Of a DNA stretch of 64,000 nt, positions 20,501 to 29,353 are shown in pieces; within the stretch, counting starts at the first letter, position 1, and every line of letters begins with the position of its first letter. This DNA is from Candidatus Cloacimonadales bacterium (lineage in GTDB: Bacteria; Cloacimonadota; Cloacimonadia; Cloacimonadales; JAIOQZ01): positions 3,200,001-3,264,000 of the forward strand of contig OY762463.1 in NCBI GenBank assembly GCA_963665815.1, given 5' to 3'. Both the position numbers and the translations under genes were made by a program. Below the pieces are notes generated by a model. The model had not been told where the DNA came from and did no database searches. It saw nothing but the letters and a program-made list of their open reading frames with translations.

Positions 20501-21028
20501 ATGTATCAGGGACCATCAAGTTCAAGGAAGATTGTTCGGGCTACAAGTAAAGACCTGAACCTGATTCCTATTATGAACTTGTTTATTACTATTATCCCAA
20601 TGCTGCTTGTTATAACGGTTACTGTAAAAATGGCTATGGTTGAGATACAAATGTCTGCAAATAATGCTCCACAAGGAAATGAAGAGCAAAAAGAAGAAGA
20701 TGATGAAGATAAAATTCAAACACTGAAACTGGCAATATTTGAAGACAGATTTGAGATAATTTACAATGACGATAACTCAAAGGTAAAGAAAATACCTGTT
20801 ATTGATCCTTCTGCGACCATTGTAACTCAACGTTATAATATGTTTGAACTGGATAAAGAGCTTGCAGAGTTTAAAAAGGATAATAAAGATCAGAATGAGA
20901 TCACTATTCTTGCTGCGGGAAATGTTAACTTTGATGCACTTATGGCATCTGTTGATGTCTGCAAAGTTAATGAGTTTCCTTCTATAAACTATGAATCTGC
21001 GGTTGAACTATTCATTCAAAAACAGTAA
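20501..21028 (+). CDS. ExbD/TolR-family subunit (AglQ-like; conserved Asp replaced by Asn)
   Basis: DLNLIPIMNLFITIIPMLL TM segment; ITILAAGNVNFDALMASVD periplasmic domain. Confidence 0.85.
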   Translation: MYQGPSSSRKIVRATSKDLNLIPIMNLFITIIPMLLVITVTVKMAMVEIQMSANNAPQGNEEQKEEDDEDKIQTLKLAIFEDRFEIIYNDDNSKVKKIPVIDPSATIVTQRYNMFELDKELAEFKKDNKDQNEITILAAGNVNFDALMASVDVCKVNEFPSINYESAVELFIQKQ

Positions 21029-21046
21029 GCAGCAAAGGAGAATGAA

Positions 21047-21568
21047 ATGAAAGCGGATAAATTTAAATCATCAAAAAGGCAGAGAATAAAAAGAAAAGAT
21101 TTGAATATCACATCTTTGATTGATATTCTTACTATCCTACTTGTTTTCCTGCTTAAAAATGTATCTATGGATGCAGCAAAAAACAAACCGCCCAAAAGTA
21201 TGCTTCTTCCTCCTACTGCAACAAATGAACAACTTATAGAAGATGGTCGAACAGTTGTTATTAAAGTATATCCTGATCAGATTCTGTATGGTATGGATGC
21301 TGTTTATGTTGGTTCTCTTGATGATCTTATGAATAATCCTTCTACAAGAAAAGCATTGGAAGGTCATTTACTTCTTGATAAAGAAAGTATTATTGACAAT
21401 GACAATAACGCTGTACCATGTATTCTACTACAGGTTGATAAAAGCGTTCAATGCTCTTACGTAACTGAATTATTTAAGGTCAGCGGGAAAGCTGGATACG
21501 TAAACATATATTTCTCAACACTCTATGAGTCAAATTTGGCTGATAAGTATAGAGGAAGTTCTTCGTAG
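21047..21568 (+). CDS. ExbD/TolR-family subunit (AglS-like)
   Basis: DLNITSLIDILTILLVFLLKN; ILLQVDKSVQCSYVTELFKVSGKAGY. Confidence 0.9.
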   Translation: MKADKFKSSKRQRIKRKDLNITSLIDILTILLVFLLKNVSMDAAKNKPPKSMLLPPTATNEQLIEDGRTVVIKVYPDQILYGMDAVYVGSLDDLMNNPSTRKALEGHLLLDKESIIDNDNNAVPCILLQVDKSVQCSYVTELFKVSGKAGYVNIYFSTLYESNLADKYRGSSS

Positions 21569-21576
21569 GTGAAATT

Positions 21577-23016
21577 ATGAGTGATAAAATATTATGGCTT
21601 GAGTTGGTTTATAAAGGAAAGATTCACAGTTATGTGAATTCAGGCAGGGACTTTAAGAATAATTTCTTAATTGGTTCCAGTGAGTACCTGTTTTGGCAAA
21701 TACTTGACAGGTCTTTTCCAAGTAAATTCAAACTTATAGAAAAGAAAGGTTCATCCTTTGTAATGAATCTTAGAAAAGGTATGGAACTCACCGTTATGAA
21801 AGGTGATGTGACATTGTCTCCTCAGGATCTCAAAGGTAAAAAGATGCTTCAGGGAAATTCTCTGATACTCAATGACACGGCTACAACGGGGATAATTAAA
21901 TTTTCCGGTGACTGGGAAATCCATTACTTTTTCAAGAAACCTTATACTGTTGTTTATACTCATACTGAAAAGCTGCTTATACGTCAGTACTCTAAACATG
22001 AAGGTCTCAGTGCAGAAAACAAAGTAACATTTGCATTCATGACCATTGCGTTCCTGATGTTAGGTGTTGTCACATTTGTAATGCATAAAAATTACGAACC
22101 ACCACAAGTAGCTAACACTTTCAGGGAGAAACTGGCACAAAAGCAAGCACACCTCATGAAGATGCAGCCTGAGATAAAAGAACAGAAAGTTGAGGAACCG
22201 GAAGAAGTTGCCAGCACAAGTGGATTTAAGAAAAAAGCTGAAACAGAAGAAGAAGCTGCAAAACAGGTTGAAGAAGGCGAAAAAAGTCTAGAAAAAGGTA
22301 TGCAGAATATTTTCGGTTCGGCAATGGACGATATAAAGGAAGATGCAGGTAATCTGGAAGATAATTCTGTAGATATGTCTCAGATGTTCAAGGTTACAAC
22401 ATCATCAGGTATTGTTACAACCGCTAAAGGTGCTAACTTGAGAAAAACCAAAAGCAGAGTTGATATTGCAAAGCAATTTGATGAGAAAGGTGGAGATTCC
22501 GGTTTAGACGGATCTACTGGACTTGATGAAATTCTTGCAGGACAATCTGTTTCCGGTGGAGATGGCTATAAAGTACTTAGCAGTGATGAAGTTGGCGAAG
22601 GTGCTGAAGAAATTGGATACGTTTCAATTAAAAGTACTGCCGAACTTGCAAGCATAAAAGGACGTTTTGCCGGTCTTAAAACTCTTGGAGTTGAAGGCGT
22701 AGGAATACAGGAAATGTCTGCTGAAGAAAAAACTGCGTCAGCTCGTATCGAAAAAGTTGTTGATGCATACAAGAGAAGACTTAACAGACTGTACAGAAAC
22801 GAAAGCAGAATTGCTGAAATGTACGGTACAATCAGGTTTGTGCTCTATATTAATAAAGATTCAGATATGGTGGAGATGGTTGAAATCTTCCCGGAATCTG
22901 GAAGCTTCTTTACACCTGAGTTCCTACAGAAAGCTGAAAAGCAGATTCTGACATGGAGAATAAGGGTTGAGCAGAATCGTAGATATGAAACAAGAATGAA
23001 ATTCTTGAAACAATAA
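21577..23016 (+). CDS. GltG/PglI-like TonB-type transducer (cytoplasmic beta domain, one TM, flexible linker, AgmX/PglI-like C-domain)
   Basis: N-terminal beta-rich domain (FLIGSSE...FPSKFKLIEKKGSSFVMNLRKGM); single TM near aa 150-170; E/K/G-rich linker; IEKVVDAYKRRLNRLY...MYGTIRFVLYI...QILTWRI. Confidence 0.75.
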   Translation: MSDKILWLELVYKGKIHSYVNSGRDFKNNFLIGSSEYLFWQILDRSFPSKFKLIEKKGSSFVMNLRKGMELTVMKGDVTLSPQDLKGKKMLQGNSLILNDTATTGIIKFSGDWEIHYFFKKPYTVVYTHTEKLLIRQYSKHEGLSAENKVTFAFMTIAFLMLGVVTFVMHKNYEPPQVANTFREKLAQKQAHLMKMQPEIKEQKVEEPEEVASTSGFKKKAETEEEAAKQVEEGEKSLEKGMQNIFGSAMDDIKEDAGNLEDNSVDMSQMFKVTTSSGIVTTAKGANLRKTKSRVDIAKQFDEKGGDSGLDGSTGLDEILAGQSVSGGDGYKVLSSDEVGEGAEEIGYVSIKSTAELASIKGRFAGLKTLGVEGVGIQEMSAEEKTASARIEKVVDAYKRRLNRLYRNESRIAEMYGTIRFVLYINKDSDMVEMVEIFPESGSFFTPEFLQKAEKQILTWRIRVEQNRRYETRMKFLKQ

Positions 23017-23026
23017 AACATTTATC

Positions 23027-23048
23027 AGCCCCGTAAGGGGCTTTTTTT
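23027..23048 (+). terminator. Rho-independent terminator ending the motor operon
   Basis: AGCCCC-GTAA-GGGGCT followed by a T tract. Confidence 0.85.
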
Positions 23049-25439
23049 ATGAAATACTATTATAATGCAGCCCTTCCGGTCAATGTCGCTAAACTATACA
23101 CATACACTGCAAGTGAAGAAATAGAACCAGGATGCAGGATTATTGTGACGTTTAACAATAGACTCTCCTCAGCTATTGTGTGGTCAAGAATTGATAAACC
23201 AGAAGAAAAAAAAAAGACAATCAAGTATTTACCGATCATAGAGATAATTGATAATGAACCTGTCGTATCTGAAGAAGGTATCAAGATAGCAGAATGGATG
23301 AGCAAGTATTATCATGCTCCTCCGGGTATGGCATTATTCTCAATGATACCTGCCGGGATGCAGATAACATATAACAGAAAAATTACCCTTAAGTCTACTG
23401 ACAATTCGATGTTTGAATCTGAAGATGACAAACTGATATATCATGAATTAAGAGAACATCCGGGAATGAATATAAAAGAGTTGAAAGCAAAAACATCTCT
23501 TAAAAAAATTATCTCTGCTGTAGAAATACTTGAAGAGAAAAATCTCGTTGAAATTGAGAATGTCAGGGATAAGAAAGTAAAGGACAAGTTCAGAAATTAC
23601 ATAAAAATGATTGATAATACTCCCGGAAATTTGCCATTACGTCAAAAAGAACTTTTCGATGCTCTTGTATCATCAACTAACAGAGATACTGCAGTTTCAA
23701 AAATTGCCCAGGATTTCAGCTATTCCGTAATCAAAGCACTGCGAAACAAAGGGATAATAGAAGTCTACAGCAAGAAGGTGCAAATAGAACAGAATCTTTG
23801 GAGTGATATAAGATCATATTCCTCTGTAAAGCTGACAAAGCCGCAGCAAAGTATTTTCGAACAGATCAGAGATAGTATAAAATCAGAAAAATTTGTCCCA
23901 TATCTGTTGTATGGAGTAACCGGTAGCGGTAAGACGGACATTTATGCCCATTGCGTACAGGAAGTACTCAAAAGTGATAAATCAGCGATTGTTCTGCTTC
24001 CCGAAATATCACTTACTCCTCAATTCATTGGTCGGTTCTATGCATATTTTGGTGATAATATTGCAATAATACACAGTGCTCTTACGTTAAGAGAGCGTGT
24101 TGTAGAATGGAAAAAGGTTCGGAATGGAAAAGCTCGAATTGTAATTGGAGCTCGAAGTGCGCTATTTGCTCCTGTTAAGGATTTGGGAATTATCATCGTA
24201 GATGAAGAACATGAAAACACGTACAAACAGGAGAATACTCCGCGGTACAATGCAAGAGACCTTGCAGTGCTTCTTGCAAAGATGAAAGAATCTGTTTGTG
24301 TTCTCGGAAGTGCAACTCCATCTCTGGAAAGTTGGAAGAATGCAGTTGATAACAAGTATAAATTGTTATCTCTGACAGAAAAGCCATTTAACTCAGGGGT
24401 TCCGGAGTTAATAGTATCAGATTTGAAAGATTCTGATGATGAGCTTCTGACACAGGTTTTACGAGACGAAATTGATAATACTTTAAGGTCAGGTAAGCAA
24501 GTATTACTGTTTCAGAACAGGCGTGGATATGCGAATTTTGTTCAATGCACCCAATGCGGGTTTATTGTGAAATGTTCTGATTGTGACGTAAGCATGAAGT
24601 ACCACAGGCACGATGAGTCTATTCAATGCCATTATTGTGGAAAACATGAGAAAGCTCCCACATTGTGTCCGGAGTGTGAGTCCCGTATTCTAAAATATGG
24701 TTCAGCCGGTATACAACAGGTTGAATCTCGGGTTCAGGCATATTTTCCTGAAGCCAGAATTTTAAGGATTGATTCCGACACTGTGACAACTAGAAAGGCA
24801 TATGAGAGTTTTATACAGAGAATGGAAGATTCTTCTGTAGATATACTTATAGGTACTCAGATGGTTGCTAAAGGACTCCATTTCCCAAATCTGTCATTAC
24901 TTGGTGTTATAAATGTTGACAATCTGACAAATATACCTGATTTTCGTGCTGAGGAGAAAGCATTTCAGCTATTGACTCAAGTTGCAGGACGAGTTGGCAG
25001 AGGAGAAGATAGAGGAAAGATCGTTTTGCAGACTTATAATCCGGACAGTTTTATAATAAAAATGGTGAGGAACAATGATTTTATCACGTTTATTGAGCAT
25101 GAATTGTCTAATAGAAGTGCTTTGCATTATCCTCCGTACAGTAAACTGGTAAGAATAATTTTCACTTGTGAAATAAATGATCTGTTGTTGCAGGAGATGA
25201 AGAAAGTAGATAAGTTTGTTAAGGAGTTCAGAAAGATTTATAGCGATAGTCAGTTGATTTTCCTGGGACCGGTGCAAGCTCCAATAACGAAATTGCATAA
25301 CAGATACAGGTTTCATTTATTGGTTAAGTCAAAATCAGTCAGTCAGATATCAATATTTATCAATGTTTTGAAAGAAAATTTGAAATTACATGCAGGAATA
25401 AAGGTTAATATAGATGTAGATCCTGCAAATCTTATATGA
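23049..25439 (+). CDS. priA: Primosomal protein N'
   Basis: GVTGSGKT, LLPEISLTPQ, IVDEEHE, GSATPSLES, four CxxC, GTQMVAKG, QVAGRVGR. Confidence 0.97.
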   Translation: MKYYYNAALPVNVAKLYTYTASEEIEPGCRIIVTFNNRLSSAIVWSRIDKPEEKKKTIKYLPIIEIIDNEPVVSEEGIKIAEWMSKYYHAPPGMALFSMIPAGMQITYNRKITLKSTDNSMFESEDDKLIYHELREHPGMNIKELKAKTSLKKIISAVEILEEKNLVEIENVRDKKVKDKFRNYIKMIDNTPGNLPLRQKELFDALVSSTNRDTAVSKIAQDFSYSVIKALRNKGIIEVYSKKVQIEQNLWSDIRSYSSVKLTKPQQSIFEQIRDSIKSEKFVPYLLYGVTGSGKTDIYAHCVQEVLKSDKSAIVLLPEISLTPQFIGRFYAYFGDNIAIIHSALTLRERVVEWKKVRNGKARIVIGARSALFAPVKDLGIIIVDEEHENTYKQENTPRYNARDLAVLLAKMKESVCVLGSATPSLESWKNAVDNKYKLLSLTEKPFNSGVPELIVSDLKDSDDELLTQVLRDEIDNTLRSGKQVLLFQNRRGYANFVQCTQCGFIVKCSDCDVSMKYHRHDESIQCHYCGKHEKAPTLCPECESRILKYGSAGIQQVESRVQAYFPEARILRIDSDTVTTRKAYESFIQRMEDSSVDILIGTQMVAKGLHFPNLSLLGVINVDNLTNIPDFRAEEKAFQLLTQVAGRVGRGEDRGKIVLQTYNPDSFIIKMVRNNDFITFIEHELSNRSALHYPPYSKLVRIIFTCEINDLLLQEMKKVDKFVKEFRKIYSDSQLIFLGPVQAPITKLHNRYRFHLLVKSKSVSQISIFINVLKENLKLHAGIKVNIDVDPANLI

Positions 25440-25624
25440 TGAGATATTTGCATTAAGATAAAATCAATCAGTTTAGTTTGAGTCTGTAGAAGATTTACAA
25501 GAAATATTCAATGTGGTGTTTTGATTACTCAAAATGTGCCAGGGCTCATGATGTTTATATCTTGACAAAAGAAGAAAGTTAAAAATTAATTACTAAAGAA
25601 TAATATTATTTAAAGGAGATTCGA

Positions 25625-25885
25625 ATGAAAAAGACAACTGCGTTACTTGTAATTCTGGTTTTTGTTGTATCATTTGTACTTTCCGCTTGTACACCAAAGC
25701 CACCTCCTGTGTCTGAAGCTGATTTAAATCAGGCGATACAGGCAACAGAAACTGCTGAGAGTGAAGCGGATAAGCTTTTAGAAGAAAAAACAATGAAAGA
25801 ACAGGAATTAAGGAAGAAACAGGAAGAACTTAAGAGTCTTAAAGATTATAAAGATGAGTTAATCAGAACCGGAGGTGGAAAATGA
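25625..25885 (+). CDS. Small coiled-coil lipoprotein
   Basis: LSAC lipobox, then a heptad-rich helix; GGAG RBS. Confidence 0.8.
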   Translation: MKKTTALLVILVFVVSFVLSACTPKPPPVSEADLNQAIQATETAESEADKLLEEKTMKEQELRKKQEELKSLKDYKDELIRTGGGK

Positions 25886-26769
25886 GAAAAATCACCTTAA
25901 TGCTTTTGGTTACTATCATGGTTTTACCATTATTGCTTAATGCTGAAGTTAATTATCTCAGCGAAGAAGACTACAAAAGTCTTGATAAGAAAGAGAGACT
26001 CAGTTACTGGGAACGTCTTGAAAATGAAATGGTAGATCTGCAGCAAAGAAAAGCAGATGCAATTGCCAATAAAGAAAAATATCAAAAAGATATTGATGAA
26101 CTTGATAAGCAGCTTGCTGAAACAGGAACCGATTACGATAACGAATACAATGAAATTATCGAAATTCTTGGAGTCAGTAAATCTGATATCCCTGGAGTAA
26201 GACGTAAACTTGATGAGTATAACAGAAAAATTGATAACTGGAATAATTTATCAGACTCAGAAATCTGGAACTACAAAAAAGCAATTACCGAACTTATTGA
26301 AGAATACGAAACATACAAAAATACAAACGTTGCGAAGATACCTGATTTCAGAGGTACATTCTCTGATCTTGATAACAAAATCAGAGGTCTTAAAACTAAT
26401 CTTCAGAATGCAAGACCAAAATACTACTTCGACAACTATACTGTAGAAACTGGTGATTTCCTTTCAAAAATTTCAGGATACAGCTTTATTTATAATGATC
26501 CTGAAAAATGGGGAATTATTTACAGAGCAAATAGAGACCAGATTAAAGATCCTAACGTACTTAACGTTGGAATGGTATTGAACATTCCTCGCGGATTACC
26601 ATATTCATGGAAAGTATACAGAGGCGAAAGTTTATGGCGCATCGCATCTTATCCAGAAGTTTATGGAAGTGGTGCTCAATGGCCAAAGATCTATCGTGAA
26701 AACAAAGATCAGATAAAAGATCCAAACCTTATTTATCCAAATCAAGTTTTCAGAATTCCGAGAGATTAA
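25882..26769 (+). CDS. Secreted coiled-coil protein with two LysM domains
   Basis: YTVETGDFLSKIS...IYRANRDQIKDPN and VYRGESLWRIA...IYRENKDQIKDPNLIYPNQVFRIP. Confidence 0.9.
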   Translation: MRKITLMLLVTIMVLPLLLNAEVNYLSEEDYKSLDKKERLSYWERLENEMVDLQQRKADAIANKEKYQKDIDELDKQLAETGTDYDNEYNEIIEILGVSKSDIPGVRRKLDEYNRKIDNWNNLSDSEIWNYKKAITELIEEYETYKNTNVAKIPDFRGTFSDLDNKIRGLKTNLQNARPKYYFDNYTVETGDFLSKISGYSFIYNDPEKWGIIYRANRDQIKDPNVLNVGMVLNIPRGLPYSWKVYRGESLWRIASYPEVYGSGAQWPKIYRENKDQIKDPNLIYPNQVFRIPRD

Positions 26770-26786
26770 TCAATCAGGAATAAATT

Positions 26787-26809
26787 GAAGCCTCTCTTTG
26801 AGAGGCTTC
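26787..26809 (+). terminator. Stem-loop after the LysM gene (possible terminator or processing site)
   Basis: GAAGCCTCTC-TTT-GAGAGGCTTC perfect 10-bp stem; weak U tract. Confidence 0.5.
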
Positions 26810-26818
26810 TCATATTAT

Positions 26819-28921
26819 ATGAATACGAAAAATTTCAGACTGTATGCTTTGCTGATATCAGCATTTACTATTACCGGTACTTTTTTCCTTTTCAGTCCTT
26901 TTAAAGGCAGTTACCGGTCTGGCGTATACGAAATCGGACAGATATCAGAGAAGACAATCATTGCTCCATTTACATTCTCAGTTTACAAATCCAAAGAAGA
27001 GATTGAAGAAGAACGTGATAGAGTAAGGGAATCACTGAATATTGTATATAAAATTGATGATGATGTTAATTATAATATTATCAATAATCTGAACTACTTG
27101 TTCAATCAAATTCTCGAATTGAATGCTTCCGGGGAAAACACAGCCGGGATGAAATCCAAATTGCAGAAGATAGGATTCCGACTAACTGATGATGCTGTTG
27201 AATATCTCAGAGATGATGAAACCAGAAGGAAAATGTATAATTTTCTTCTTGAGGAGACTCGGAAGATACTGGAGATAGGAATCTATTCTGACAGTTATTC
27301 TGAAGAAGAAATTTATTTGAATAGAGACAGTAATATAAAGCAGTATCAACTGAGACAATTGTATTCGCTGCAGGAAGCTATTGAGAAAGTATCTGAAAAA
27401 GGTTCGAGGAGCTTTAAACATATTGATCAGGTTTTAACTTTGATTCTGATACATAATATATCAGAGGATGTTGAAGCCAATCAGCTTGAAGAAGAAGAAG
27501 CTCTAAGGAACATTAGTACAGTATCCGGTAGGGTACTCAAAGATGAACAGATAATCAGCAAGAATCAAAGAATAGACGAAGAACAGTATCGTAAGCTTGT
27601 AGCATTAAGAGATGCTCAAGCTGCAAAGAAACAGACAAACAATAAGCCTAACAGAGTATTTGCTCTGCTTGGAATATTTTGCTATGTCTTTCTGTTACTT
27701 GCGGTATTCAGTGAATTATTTAAGAAATATTTCAACTCTCTTTATATTGATAAAGCAAGATGGTTGCTAGTTCAGGTAGTTCTGACAATTTCTCTTGCAG
27801 CAACTATTATCTTCCATATTTTCTTTAATTCTGCAGTAATTACAATACCTTTTGTGTTCTCTCCAATTCTTGTAAGTATAATACTTACCCCACTTCTTGG
27901 ATTAACTTTTTCATTCATTCATCTCCTTATTTCAATACCTTTTATCGGGTGGAATTGCTCGTCAGTTTATCCTATGTTTGTTGCAGTAATGGTAACGATA
28001 TTAATGAAAAATTCTACCAGAGGCAGATACTCATTTGCAAATGAATTTTTGAAGATTATATTCCTGTTTATATGCCTGCAGATATTCATGGCATTGATAA
28101 ATTTCTCAGGAATGAAAGCTACCTTAGACTCTATTCTGTATGGAATTGTATCAATATTGATATCCCTTTTCGTAATATATCTACTTGTTCCTCATCTCGA
28201 AAAGAAACTGTTGATCGCATCTCGTCAGGCATTGCTTGACTTGCTTGATCTGAATAATCCGTTAATGCGTCAGATGGCTGAATATGCACCCGGAACTTAT
28301 TCGCATTCGCTTATTGTAGGTAATCTTGCAGAAAGTGCTGCAGATGCCATAAAAGCCGATTCTCTTCTGGCAAGGATAGGGTCTTACTATCATGATATTG
28401 GAAAAATTGATGAAGCCGGAATATTTATTGAGAATAATTCTCAGGCATCACAGATACATGAGAAGCTGGAACCGGAAGAAAGTGCTGTCAGAATAAGAGA
28501 GCATGTTACAAGAGGTATTGCAAAGGCCAAAAGAGATATGCTTCCTCAGGCAGTAATAGACATTGTTGCTCAGCATCATGGAACAGCCGACATAAAATAT
28601 TTCCTCGATAAAGCCGAGAAATCCGGGAAGTCATTCAACGCTGACAAGTTCAGATATTTTGGACCGAAACCCCGTTCCAAGGAAGCTGCACTTGTTATGA
28701 TTGCAGACATTGTGGAGTCTACTGCAAAATCAATGAAAGACCATACGGAAGCACTGCTTTCAGAAATGATTGATCAGACAATAATCCGTCTCATTAAGGA
28801 AAAACAGTTGTCAGAAGCTCCTATCACTCTTAGAGATCTTGAAGTAGCGAAGAGTTACATGCTGCCTATTCTCAAAGGTGTTTACAACAAAAGGATTGAA
28901 TATCCCGGGCAGGAACTATAA
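26819..28921 (+). CDS. 7TM-HD (HDIG) membrane phosphohydrolase, PgpH-like
   Basis: Extracellular domain, 7 TM, APGTYSHS, YYHDIGK, FIENN, QHHGT, YFGPKPRSKE, MIAD; start placed at ATG 26819. Confidence 0.9.
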   Translation: MNTKNFRLYALLISAFTITGTFFLFSPFKGSYRSGVYEIGQISEKTIIAPFTFSVYKSKEEIEEERDRVRESLNIVYKIDDDVNYNIINNLNYLFNQILELNASGENTAGMKSKLQKIGFRLTDDAVEYLRDDETRRKMYNFLLEETRKILEIGIYSDSYSEEEIYLNRDSNIKQYQLRQLYSLQEAIEKVSEKGSRSFKHIDQVLTLILIHNISEDVEANQLEEEEALRNISTVSGRVLKDEQIISKNQRIDEEQYRKLVALRDAQAAKKQTNNKPNRVFALLGIFCYVFLLLAVFSELFKKYFNSLYIDKARWLLVQVVLTISLAATIIFHIFFNSAVITIPFVFSPILVSIILTPLLGLTFSFIHLLISIPFIGWNCSSVYPMFVAVMVTILMKNSTRGRYSFANEFLKIIFLFICLQIFMALINFSGMKATLDSILYGIVSILISLFVIYLLVPHLEKKLLIASRQALLDLLDLNNPLMRQMAEYAPGTYSHSLIVGNLAESAADAIKADSLLARIGSYYHDIGKIDEAGIFIENNSQASQIHEKLEPEESAVRIREHVTRGIAKAKRDMLPQAVIDIVAQHHGTADIKYFLDKAEKSGKSFNADKFRYFGPKPRSKEAALVMIADIVESTAKSMKDHTEALLSEMIDQTIIRLIKEKQLSEAPITLRDLEVAKSYMLPILKGVYNKRIEYPGQEL

Positions 28922-29349
28922 TGCTTCAGATGACATTCGAAAACGTTGACACTATTCCGGGAATAGAGATTTTCAAGGATATAACAAATATTCTGTTTGC
29001 ATCAGAGAAAATTGATGAAGATAGAATACTGAATCTTACATTCACTGAAAGCAATTATATGAAATCTGTTAATAAGATGTATAGAGGGGTAGATAGAACA
29101 ACTGATGTATTATCCTTTAACAGTGATTTTGAATTGCTTCTTGGAGATATTCTGATTGACATTTTTGTGGCAGACAAGCAAAAAGGGAATGAATCGCTTT
29201 TATATGAATTAGTTATACTGTATATACACGGATTTCTTCATCTTGCCGGATATGATCATATTCATTGTCGAGATATTGAATTAATGCGGAGAAAAGAAAA
29301 GCGGTTAAGAGATAAAATACTAAAAAAATACAATAAGGAGTTAAGTTAG
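28921..29349 (+). CDS. ybeY: rRNA maturation endoribonuclease YbeY
   Basis: N..YRG.D..TDVLSF, LGDI, HGFLHLAGYDH. Confidence 0.95.
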   Translation: MLQMTFENVDTIPGIEIFKDITNILFASEKIDEDRILNLTFTESNYMKSVNKMYRGVDRTTDVLSFNSDFELLLGDILIDIFVADKQKGNESLLYELVILYIHGFLHLAGYDHIHCRDIELMRRKEKRLRDKILKKYNKELS

Positions 29350-29353
29350 TCTC

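Noticed and set aside
19738-23016. Ordinary TonB-ExbBD or Tol-Pal locus
   Set aside because: No TonB-dependent receptor, tolB or pal; two unequal ExbDs, giant TPRs and a cytoplasmic N-domain on the TonB-like protein fit Agl-Glt better
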